This document shows, in pieces, positions 50,042 through 64,000 of a stretch of DNA of 64,000 nt (its first letter is position 1; every line of letters starts with the position of its first letter). Below the pieces are notes generated by a model. It was not told the DNA's origin. It did no database searches and saw only the letters and a program-made list of their open reading frames with translations. The stretch comes from Anthoceros angustus (Eukaryota > Plantae > Anthocerotophyta). Location: contig VJWM01000107.1 of NCBI GenBank assembly GCA_010909165.1, positions 124,001-188,000 of the forward strand, read 5' to 3'. The position numbers were made by a program, and so were the translations under genes.

Positions 50042-51547
50042 CTACATATAAACTTCGCTCTACAAACTTTGCACATGTAAATTTTAACACTAACTTCACT
50101 GTTCTCGAATGAAACCTTAAATCCAAGAAACCACGACTTACACCATAGTATATGAGACTCACGAAATCACAAACTATGATGCAACCATATTTTTGTATAT
50201 ACATTTTTTGAAGTCACAAAGCCCTTTGCTAAGTCAAGAAACCATGTTTTTAGCCACAATATATGGAGCGTGCAAAGTTACCTTTTCATACACGTTTTCC
50301 TCCAAAAATCCTTCGAGTCAAGAAATCATGGCTTACAATAGCAATATATGGAGATTACGATATCACAAGCCGCGATAACGCTACGTGTTCCTGCACAAAT
50401 CCTTGAAGTTAGGAAACAACGATGGGGCTAGTTTTCGTGCACAAATCCTCGAAGTTAAGAAACCACGATGGAACCACAGTATATGCCACTATTGTATTCA
50501 CAATATATATCCATAGCACATGTCCGTAGGACTTTTTACATGGTATATATGAACACAATCTTTATCACACATCGTAGGTATCCATAGTAATATCCACGGT
50601 TCTTTATAATCGTGAAGCCACGGAGTATACAATCCTATCCCCTCTTTGCCACAATATGCAAGTCACAGCTACAGCTACAACAATGAAAACATAGCTTCAA
50701 CTTGATCCCTTGCCTTGCCTATCAAAATCCTCTACCACTCTGACACAGTTCACGCCGATAGGACGTTCTCACAGTTTCAATACCTAAAAAGGCAACCATC
50801 CACAACATGCTCCGCCCCACAAATTTCAAAACCGTCCTCAAGCTCCACAACATCACACAGTATTCATGCCTCTACGACGCCACAACACACAAAAACGTAC
50901 CAACAAGTCGTCTTCACTATTTCAGCATCTGGAATGGAAAACAAACATTTAAGGCAAGCATCCACGACATGCTTTGTCCCACAAGCATCAAACCCACCCC
51001 ACAAGCTCCACAAACATCACATAGTGTTCACACCTGTGCCACGCCACAACACACAACCTCTACCCCCTTCTTCGATGCGCATAAAATCTCGACCTAGTAC
51101 CATCCCTACTAACCACCAAGTTAAGGTTGTATCCAAAAATAGCAACCCTCCTCTTTTGAAGTTAATAAGCTTCATAATAATCAAACTTCATAGTTATGGG
51201 GGTCACATTGTATGCTAGGAACCTCATAGCAACCATATGGTTATTGTTAACGCTTACATACCTTTTTATAGTTATTTTACCGATAATTATCTACATTGAA
51301 AATACCAAGCTTGCTTGAAGCTTCACGTCTTTGCTTCAGCACACCTCCTTAAATGCCTATTTATGACTTATTAACCTAATTAACTTTGAATTAATTGAAT
51401 TACTATGACTACTTTCCAGATAATTTCTATACTGGAAAATAGTTGTGCATGGCTATGGTCTTCCGTTCTGTCCGCACTTCACCTGGTCCGTTCGGCTGAG
51501 CAAAGTGAAAAATGATGTGCATACCCTAGCTGGCCTTCTGCTTGCAA

Positions 51548-51770
51548 CTAAGCTTGCTTGAAACTTTGCGTGTTTGCTTTAGCTGAGCTTGCTTGAAACT
51601 TCACAAATCTGCTTCAGTTGAGCTTGCTTGAAACTTTGTGTGTCTGCTTCAGCTAAGCTTTCTTGAAACCTCACGTATCTGCTTCAAGTGAGCTTGCTTG
51701 AATCTTTGCGTGTCTGCTTCAGCTGAGCTTTGCGTGTCTGTTTCAGCTAAGCTTGCTTGAAACTTCACTG
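51548..51770. repeat. 35-bp minisatellite (~6.5 units)
   Basis: agcttgcttgaaactttgcgtgtctgcttcagctg-like units; a lone copy at ~51308. Confidence 0.88.
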
Positions 51771-53436
51771 AACTGCCAACGGCCTACTACCTTAGCAACC
51801 GAATTTTCTAATCTGCCAAAAAATTACCGACAAAGATACAAAATTCAAGAAACAAAACAACTCCACGTTCCCACACAACAGCCTATGGAGCATAGATGAA
51901 TTGCATATTCGTACACCCAAAAACAAAATAACTCTATAGTTCGCCTCTGAAACTTGGTGGGTTATGCCCTCCAGCTGGGCATAACCAATGGACCGATGGC
52001 ACCGGCTCGACTGATTTGGTTTGGGAGAGCGGGGCGTTTTCCCAATCTAGGAACGCGAGGACATTCGAAAATATGAAACTTGTGTTGTACATATGTAGGT
52101 ACATATGTACACAGAGAGGTGGCGTAAAAGATAAAAAAGCATGAATGTTTGTAATTGGTCGTATCTCACATCTCTCGGATGCTTGCGTCTCGGGATGACG
52201 CGTGCCCCTTCATCTCAGTTCGGGTCGTGCCTCGGCCATCCTCGGGTTTGACTGGCTGGTCTGCATGTGTCGCCAGCTTTAGGTTTCCCAGCGGAATGTG
52301 GGAGCATCTTGCCTTGTGCCCGCAGCCAGGTTGGCTCCCCATTCCCGCTTGATGCGTCTGCGCACTCCTCTTCATTGACTGTGTGCACAGATTTGGGAAG
52401 AATGTCAGGTGTGCCTTTCCCCCTTACTCGCATGCGTCTACCCTCAGCGCTGCTGCTGGGATAGAGCGCTCCTCGCCCTTGCTCCCCCTGCCTGCCTGCT
52501 GCTGCTCGCCTTGCTGAACCATAGCCGGCCAGCAATGCTCACTGTGCAATATGCCAGCCAGGGTAGCTAAGAGTTTTCAGCTCCTCCTCCTGCTTTCTCT
52601 GCAAGCTGCGATCTGGTTTTAAGCCCCTGTGATTGCAGGGCTGGGTTTCCGAGGAGCTCCTCGCTCGCTGCCTACTCCTAGAAGCAGGATGGAGGTGGTT
52701 GCAAGTACCAGGTCAGGCGTCCCCGAATAGAGAAATCTGAGTGGAGACCGTGGAATGTGCCTGTGTGACCCGAATGTGACTTGGCGCCTTGCTGAGTGAA
52801 TGGGATATTGCCCCCGCGTGCCCGTGTCATTCTTCTTGTCTCGTGTGCTTCCCTTTCCATCTTCCTGCTCCGTATCTGCGGCAGGATGGCTGAATCTTCG
52901 TTGTGTCCTCATGCGCTGTCGAGTTGCTTCGTTTTTCTTGTCCTTATCTCTCGCCGCTGCACGAATGATTTCCTGAGCCGCTGGACACCAAGCGCTTGAG
53001 GGACAGAACTTCAAGTTGAGCCACTTTCTTTTTGCAGGCCGTCAGAAGCTGGTCGAAGGTGAGGCACTGCTTGCTGTTTGGTATCGAGCCGCATGTTGCC
53101 GGCATTTGCCAGGCGATTGTAAAGTTCAGTTTTGTTCGCGACGGGGGCTTTGGAAGTGGCTCGACTCTGCATGCTCCCGAAATGGAGCGCGTCCTCCTTT
53201 TCTGCTAGTGGACGTCTAGATCTTCAGACTCTTCGGAGCTTGTCGACCAATGAAAAGTAAGCCGGTTTTACGGAAGCAGTCGTCTCCCGGGCGTGGTTTG
53301 AAATGCATGAGTGCCTTAAGATACGCTTGCTCCAGGTGGAAGCTCGAGTAGATCAGTGAAGATTCCGTGAAAGGATTCCGGACAGCCTGGTGGACGGAGA
53401 GAACCTGCTCAATCCCGGTTGTCTGTAAGCCTTCTC

Positions 53437-55862
<2,426 letters not shown>

Positions 55863-57298
55863 GTTTGTGGTGCACAGGGATAGCCGTTGGCTGATGTTAT
55901 TCCCCTTCTCATAATGGCGTGAATGTTCCTCTGAAGTGAATCAGATTTAACTTGAGGAGGAAGAAGTGGTGAATGAAACGAAATGCATAGTTTGAGCAGA
56001 TCGTAGTGCTGTATTCTGCTGGATTTCTGCAGTGTGTGGAGGAGACTGGGGTTTTCTAGCTGCTTTGGAGGTGTTTGCCTAGCCCAGGAGGTCGGGAGGG
56101 TCTGCTAGGACATTTTAGCATGTGTGGTTTGGCTGGTGAAGTTTTAGTATTGTCAGCTCATCCAGAGAAGCTAAATGATTGTCCGGTGTGCTCGTCCCCT
56201 TTCAGTGAGGAAACCTTTGAGCTAGGGATTTGGTTAATTTAGTGACGTGGGTTATTGTGTATAGCTGCTGTTTTGCCAATTGTACTATAGGAATCAAGCC
56301 TTATCATAAACTTCGATTAAGTTCTTCGGCGTGCTAGTTGTGCTCGCTCTCAAGATATTCTGTAGGCAGTGACACTTAATAGTGGCACATGCATAAATAT
56401 GTTTGCTTCTGGACAGGCCATGTGAGGCCCTCGGGTAATGGGTAGGAACAGGATGGTGTTGGTTTCCATCCTCAATATTTTGTGACGATTTCAGTTTGCT
56501 AAAGGCTTCATGCCTCTGACATCTTCGAAATAATCTCGGTTTTATTGTGTGCATGCGCATTCCAAACCGGTCGATTCAAGTATGGCTTTTGAACGCTGCG
56601 GGCAGCTTAGCTAGCTAGTTGGCAACCGCAGGTGTCGGAAATGCTCGTAGTCTAGTATCTGTTGGCAAGCTCCTTCTGTCCAGATTAGCGATCACTAGCC
56701 GAGGGGTGTAGAAAATAGTTATCTCTCAGCACAGGATCGTCCGCGGCTTTGTCACCTCCCAACAGCACCATGAACGGAGATATGATCCTGACCGGAGACT
56801 CTGTCTCAGACTCCCATCTTCGTGATGCCCATGATTCATGGCGGTTGCCTTCCGTGTCCACCGTCCACCTTCCGAAGCCATACAACCCTGTAACTGCGCA
56901 CCTCATCTCTCCTGCAACCTGCAATAAGCAGGCTGTACGAAGCTGTCTCTGCACACAAGGCCAACGAAACAGTGTCACCCTGCAGACTTGCATCTCATCA
57001 CGTCTCAAGTTGTGAGGGAGATTGCTGCAACACGTTGGCTCAACTTCCTGAAGAGTTAAAGATATAGATAAGAATGTTTTAATGAATTTAAGAATGAAAA
57101 ATTGGCGAGATCGCCAGATTCTCAGGAGTCAGAAAGTCTTTCCTCTTCGGACTTACTCAGCACTTCTACTGCCCTAGCCAGAGAAAATATGAATAGTGCA
57201 GGACTCAAGGTGAAGGGGCTTGCTGGTTTGAGAACCCTTTACAAAGCTAAACAAACAGTGGGTCTGAAGGGACCAAAAAGAACGAGTGGGCATTCGTA

Positions 57299-58556
57299 TC
57301 AAGAAGCCTTCATGTCGTCAAGACCGACACTTTTCTGCATACACAAAGGTACTCTCTCAGTACCCCGCACATGAGCTTCAAACTCACAGACACTTGTCCT
57401 AAAGCAGTAACACTTACCAAAAACTTGTGGTTCTCTTGGAGCAGCGGTGCAAAAGATGAGACAAAGTTCTCGATGTCAGCATTCAGATTGCCACCTCCAA
57501 GTAGGTCCATGAACTTTTTCCTGTCCGGGACAAGCTTCATTGCCATCTGAAGAAAGCATACAACCATCAGTACGGAAACCCATAGTCTGGTCTCCCTGAA
57601 TAGATTAACAGATCCTGTCTTTAAGGGTGTCAGCAAGTGTCACGAGCTCACAGTAAACGCTGCACTGGCAATCCAACCATGCCATTTCTTAAGGGTGGAG
57701 CCGTATGCTTCATTGGCAGCTTGACTCATTGTCCAGTCAGGATGGGCTAACAAGTTATGAAACAGCTCCACCAAGAAATCCATCGCCCTGACCATATTGG
57801 AATACCCGGTAAGAGTGTTGCAGGAAAAACTGGCAACACTCGCATAGAGTCAAATGTACCACAAGACCCTAGTCCTTCGCCCGAAACCCTTTGTTCCTCA
57901 ATGCTTTGCCATAGTTGTGCACAAGAGTGGAGATCGCACCTAGTTAACCACAAGAGAGCATTGCTGCAACTCGAAGAGTCCTTCGCCCTTCCAGCAGCTA
58001 TTTCCCTCTTAATGATGTCATACAGCTTCTCGTACGCAGCATTATCGGAATCGTATCGCTGATCTAGTCTCTGGTGACAATCACACAGAAAACGCAAGAG
58101 GATTAAGCAACCATTCAACTTGGAGCGAGCAACTGGTTCAGGTAACAGAAAGCAGATCACAGATACCATACCGAAATGTTGCCACCGACATCACTCTTCA
58201 CCATTGCCATGGCTGTCCCGAACTTATCTGCAACACACAACAGATTGCGAGATCATCCATCGTACTTGAACGATGCCGATCGACTAAACAGTGCTAGGTT
58301 ACATTGCGAATAACTGATCTGCATACAGGCTGGCCAGAATTGCAGAAACAGCACAGACTGTGATTCTTTTTCCATTTCTCCTCTTACAACCAACACCAGA
58401 TCCATGGTAGGGTACCCTGGCGGGAAATGAGGCAATACCAATTACAGGCAACACAAGGCGGCAGACGTCAAGGAATGGCTTCGTCAGCATGTCTCCAGCA
58501 GGTGACCGGGCCCGCGGAATAGAGTCTATGGCAGGAGCAAACACCGTATCCGCCAT
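57299..58556 (-). CDS. Glycolipid transfer protein (GLTP1-like), six exons
   Basis: MLTKPFLDVC..VI|DKFGTAMAMVKSDVGGNI|..ALLWLTR|AMDFL..LKKWHGW|..PDRKKF..|SVGLDDMKAS*. Confidence 0.92.
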
Positions 58557-58936
58557 GCTGAAGGATGTGGCAGCACAAGCGGCTGATCCTCGTACAAGAG
58601 TCGCTTAAATCTGCCTCCCGGATCTGACCAGCTCTGTGGGCTGGGTCCGTCCGTCTCCGAATACAATCAGGGACCTGGCAATTGGGCTGGTGGCGATGTT
58701 GGAAGGTCAGCTTCACCGGGATCCCATCACCGTCACACTTGTGCGCTTCCAATGCCAGTCCACAGGATCAGGGGGTAATGGCGGAGGAAATTGGAGTCCA
58801 GCGCCCAGAAATGGTATGGCACAAGAGAACGGAAGAAGGTTGAGAGAAACACTCCCCGTTCCGTTGCTTAATTTGGATAAGAAACTACTGTAGGATAAGC
58901 AATTACTGTAGGTGATAGTAGAAAGTACAGCATGCT

Positions 58937-59917
58937 TCATTTTCGTGCATTCTTGGCTGTGGCGCAAATAAGAAGGTACGAGATAACCCTATAGGCAGCA
59001 ACAAAACCGGCTAGGATGGCTACATTTTGCCACAGGTGCACCGAGCCAATAGATGAGGCTTCCAGAATGTCTTGAGAAGTGGTACCAGCATGCTCATCCC
59101 AGATTTTGCCGTCCAGACTCCCAAATTCGTTCTTCAGCAGAGCTTCGTATGCGTATTTGAAGATGGAGATGTAGTGCACCCACATCCAGTAAACAGGAAT
59201 GCTCGTTCTGCAACACATTCCACATGAGAAGTAGATGGCACAAACTACAACATCAGCTTCGGAGAACTGGTGGCCATAAGACACATTACCTGGGAAGGAA
59301 GTAGCCCGAGAATAGGAGGAAGTACGAGAAGACGGCAGCTGCCACCCCATTGCCAACTAGGAAGCTTGGAGCAACAGTGGCCACAGCCGCAACCATGGCA
59401 TTCGCAGCTGCGATGGCAAGGAAAAGAACCAGCACGAAGACGAAAAATGGGACAGCTCTGGGTACCAAGCCGACCATGAAGTAGGAGATCGCTGTGAAGA
59501 GGAGGGACAGGAGAAAGAAGAGAGGGATGAAGACCAAAGAGTGGCCACAGCGTATGACGATTTTCGGTATGCACCCTTGGATGTCTCTTTCTCGAAAATC
59601 TGCCTCTCGCTCAGTAGAACGGGAATGGCCATGTTGGATGAGAAGATGAAGACTGCCAAAGTGAAGGAAAAGAATCCTTCTCGTTTCAAAGCACCAGCCA
59701 TGTCCCCTGCACGTGCAAGAAGATTGAGCCAAGGATAATTGCTCCTGTGACCTGCAGGACTCCGTGCCACCCATCATTGTCAGCTGGAAACAAGTATCCG
59801 AGCAGGCAAGCCTGACTAGTACTGTGAAGAATGAGCACCTTGATAAAATTTGCGATGCTAAAAGGTCTTTGGTGCGGAATATGATCTTGGCTGTCCGAAG
59901 TGTCAGCCAGAATGTCT
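58937..59917 (-). pseudogene. Duplicated 3' (transmembrane) part of the ABCG gene
   Basis: Same sequence as 60738-61720 with no ATPase exons. Confidence 0.75.
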
Positions 59918-60358
59918 CAACTTGGAGCGAGCAACTGGTTCAGGTAACAGAAAGCAGATCACAGATACCATACCGAAATGTTGCCACCGACATCACTCTT
60001 CACCATTGCCATGGCTGTCCCGAACTTATCTGCAACACACAACAGATTGCGAGATCATCCATCGTACTTGAACGATGCCGATCGACTAAACAGTGCTAGG
60101 TTACATTGCGAATAACTGATCTGCATACAGGCTGGCCAGAATTGCAGAAACAGCACAGACTGTGATTCTTTTTCCATTTCTCCTCTTACAACCAACACCA
60201 GATCCATGGTAGGGTACCCTGGCGGGAAATGAGGCAATACCAATTACAGGCAACACAAGGCGGCAGACGTCAAGGAATGGCTTCGTCAGCATGTCTCCAG
60301 CAGGTGACCGGGCCCGCGGAATAGAGTCTATGGCAGGAGCAAACACCGTATCCGCCAT
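59918..60358 (-). pseudogene. Duplicated GLTP exons 1-2, truncated at the duplication junction
   Basis: MADTVFAPAIDS.. is identical to the 58556 copy and breaks in intron 2. Confidence 0.75.
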
Positions 60359-60737
60359 GCTGAAGGATGTGGCAGCACAAGCGGCTGATCCTCGTACAAG
60401 AGTCGCTTAAATCTGCCTCCCGGATCTGACCAGCTCTGTGGGCTGGGTCCGTCCGTCTCCGAATACAATCAGGGACCTGGCAATTGGGCTGGTGGCGATG
60501 TTGGAAGGTCAGCTTCACCGGGATCCCATCACCGTCACACTTGTGCGCTTCCAATGCCAGTCCACAGGATCAGGGGTAATGGCGGAGGAAATTGGAGTCC
60601 AGCGCCCAGAAATGGTATGGCACAAGAGAACGGAAGAAGGTTGAGAGAAACACTCCCCGTTCCGTTGCTTAATTTGGATAAGAAACTACTGTAGGATAAG
60701 CAATTACTGTAGGTGATAGTAGAAAGTACAGCATGCT

Positions 60738-63460
60738 TCATTTTCGTGCATTCTTGGCTGTGGCGCAAATAAGAAGGTACGAGATAACCCTATAGGCAGC
60801 AACAAAAACCTAGGATGGCTACATTTTGCCACAGGTGCACCGAGCCAATAGATGAGGCTTCCAGAATGTCTTGAGAAGTGGTACCAGCATGCTCATCCCA
60901 GATTTTGCCGTCCAGACTCCCAAATTCGTTCTTCAGCAGAGCTTCGTATGCGTATTTGAAGATGGAGATGTAGTGCACCCACATCCAGTAAACAGGAATG
61001 CTCGTTCTGCAACACATTCCACATGAGAAGTAGATGGCACAAACTACAACATCAGCTTCGGAGAACTGGTGGCCATAAGACACATTACCTGGGAAGGAAG
61101 TAGCCGAGAATAGGAGGAAGTACGAGAAGACGGCAGCTGCCACCCCATTGCCAACTAGGAAGCTTGGAGCAACAGTGGCCACAGCCGCAACCATGGCATT
61201 CGCAGCTGCGATGGCAAGGAAAAGAACCAGCACGAAGACGAAAAATGGGACAGCTCTGGGTACCAAGCCGACCATGAAGTAGGAGATCGCTGTGAAGAGG
61301 AGGGACAGGAGAAAGAAGAGAGGGATGAAGACCAAAGAGTGGGCCACAGCGTATGACGATTTTCGGTATGCACCCTTGGATGTCTCTTTCTCGAAAATCT
61401 GCCTCTCGCTCAGTAGAACGGGAATGGCCATGTTGGATGAGAAGATGAAGACTGCCAAAGTGAAGGAAAAGAATCCTTCTCGTTTCAAAGCACCAGCCAT
61501 GTCCCCCTGCACGTGCAAGAAGATTGAGCCAAGGATAATTGCTCCTGTGACCTGCAGGACTCCGTGCCACCCATCATTGTCAGCTGGAAACAAGTATCCG
61601 AGCAGGCAAGCCTGACTAGTACTGTGAAGAATGAGCACCTTGATAAAAATTTGCGATGCTAAAAGGTCTTTGGTGCGGAATATGATCTTGGCTGTCCGAA
61701 GTGTCAGCCAGAATGTCTCAGCTTGGAAGGAAGTAGCAAACTTATAGCTAGTGGAAGACCTGATGACTGGATCTGATTCACGTCTCCTGGTGAAATTCCC
61801 GTCCCAAATAGGTTCTTTCTGGCTGCTCATCCGATTCCTTGTCTGAACAAGCGGGCGTACAATGTTTGTAAGAGGCATGCCAGAGACAATCGGCCTGTAT
61901 GCACGCAGGAGGTGAAGCTGGCAGACCTGAAACAAGGTTATCAGATACTGAAGTGTTTCAGGATTGTCCTGGCACTCCCTTACTTGATCAATGGCATACT
62001 CCACGACATTCACCTGCACATCATTGGCTCCTTCTGCGAGCAGTTAGTGAGCTCACATGACATTCAGCCGGAATAGGCCTGCAGGCTGCAACCAGTGTGT
62101 CTTACATTGTGTGGCATGGGAGCCGCTGGGTAGTGTCCTTGGATGTGGATCCCACTGAAGTACTCTGGCATCTCTTCATAAGGTCCGTGGTACACAACAT
62201 GGCCTCGAGCAAGCACCAAAACCTGATGTATGAGACCGAGGATGCGGTAGCTGGGCTGGTGTATCGTAAGAACAATGGTCCTTTTTCGCTCCTCTGTCAA
62301 GCTGTAAAGGATTTGCATGAGTTGGAAAGCGGACGTGCTGTCCAGGCCAGATGTAGGCTCGTCCATGAATATGACCGCGGGGTCGTGAATTAGCTCGACC
62401 CCGATGGAAATCCGTCGCCTCTCCCCTCCAGATACTCCTTTCATCTGCAGTGCCAGGAAGCGACACAAACTTAGTTTCCACCTCTGCTTCCTCCTGCTCA
62501 CATGACTGAAACCGCTGCACATGTACAGGTTGAAGGGGACGTTACCAATTCGTTGCCAACATAAGTGTTGGCACACTGGCTGAGTCTAAGTTGCCGTATG
62601 ATGGCCTCCACCCTGCGGCGCTTCTCCTCATGCGTCACCTTCGCAGGCAGCCTCACTCGGGCACTAAACATGAGCGTCTCGAAAGTGGTGAGTGTAGGAA
62701 AGAGAGCATCATCCTGCGTGACGTACTGTGAGATTTTGTGGAAATTCTGGTCTACCGGCATTCCGTTGACGAACATCACCCCTTCCAGCCTGTCCCATCG
62801 AATGCGGCCTGCCATGGCATCCAGCAATGTTGTCTTGGAGGAGCCAGACGGTCCTACAACGGCCAAAATCTCGCCATGCTTGGCCTGGAAAGTGACATCG
62901 TTGAGTAGAACCTTGTCCCTCTTCTTGGCTCGATACTGGCCCCGACTCCAGATGGAGAAATCGGACTGCTGTGTCTCCACCACCTGAAGGCAGCTCACTT
63001 GCACACTGTCATTTTCGACTTGTTCTTCACACACATACTTGGATGGCAACAGATGGGATCCACACCGAATTCCTTCAGGACCACTCTCAGGATTTTCATA
63101 TCAGAAATGCCCGTGTACCTTGTAGGTGAGATTGAGGACGAAGATGTCGTAGGTCGGGCCATCCAGCGAGCTTGCCGATTCATACGCTGATCCCAGATAG
63201 TCAGACACAGGTCCTGAATTGAACAAGTGGCTGGTTCGGAACGTGAAGTTGCTTTGGCGTATCAAGTCGGGGCCCAGGGGGAGAAGAAGGCCAGAATTGG
63301 ACACACTTGCGCTCAATGCGGACTCGTACTCGGAACAGCGGGGGCTGTTTCCTCCAGTCAGATAGCCTACGCTGTCGGAGTAGCAGAGATCATCGCTGCT
63401 GGCGACAGAGATGGCGCGGCTGTGTGTTCGCTCTTGCACTTGAAGCTCTACGCTCTTCAT
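60738..63460 (-). CDS. ABCG (WBC) half-size transporter, multi-exon (start may lie further upstream)
   Basis: [68 protein letters not shown] and [18 protein letters not shown]; NBD-TMD order. Confidence 0.9.
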
Positions 63461-64000
63461 GCCGCCCAGGCTCCTCTCCAGCCCCGCACTGCATGAGCTT
63501 CCTCGATATTCTGTTTCCACTCCTGCAGGTTGGTCAACACTAGTGTTCCTGTTGCTGCTGCATACATCAGATCGAATGTGCCAAAGATGTCATCCTTAAG
63601 GAGACTGGAAACATCATCCTGTGACGCAGAGGTGTTTCACGTGATGTGTCGGCCCGTCGGGGCAGGAAGCGTGTCGTGTCTCTTGTGTGGCTGGGGCACT
63701 TTGCAGAGGAACAGAGCTGGAGCTGATGCGGGAGGTTGTTTGAAAGCCACTGGCTGCCGGCAGATTGTACAAGCTTGCATGTGGTTAAGCATGTCACAGT
63801 CTACGGACGATGCCGCTCGCCTGCTATGAATGTCACAGCTATCTGTTCAAACGAGCAAACGAGGTGGGTGAGCATCGCTGGATGGAACAGGACAGCGTCC
63901 TGTCGCTAAGTTAGTGGCGTGACAAATGCATTGCTTCGTAACTACTGCCGTTGAGATGCAATCACAGACTAGCTCGTCGCCGACGCTATGCATCCCGTGC

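Larger units (their letters stand above)
58115..61727. repeat. ~1.80-kb tandem duplication (ABCG 3' part plus GLTP 5' part)
   Basis: 58115-59917 matches 59917-61720; differences are mostly homopolymer indels. Confidence 0.95.

Overview
Gene-dense plant nuclear DNA with short introns. It is most likely a hornwort (Anthoceros-like), inferred from two lineage-typical PPR C-termini: a WW-type PG box (PGQSWWTD) and a complete DYW:KP domain ending in GRP. Conventional genes: two GSK3/shaggy kinase paralogues, RPN7, cystinosin, cactin, an aldo-keto reductase, a small F-box protein, an intronless mitochondrial-type PNPase, GLTP, an ABCG half-transporter and two GNA-type lectin copies. The 8.9-30 kb region is a PLS-class PPR editing-factor cluster. 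All three PPR loci that keep a 5' end carry an N-terminal module resembling the ssDNA-binding PDF motif of plant OSB proteins; this is the most novel-looking signal. Intergenic DNA holds copia remnants, four fragments of an RLE-type (CRE-like) non-LTR retrotransposon, two 21-bp-phased palindrome arrays and several tandem or segmental duplications. Many frameshifts are homopolymer contractions that may be long-read errors. Exon boundaries were read by eye and no searches were run.
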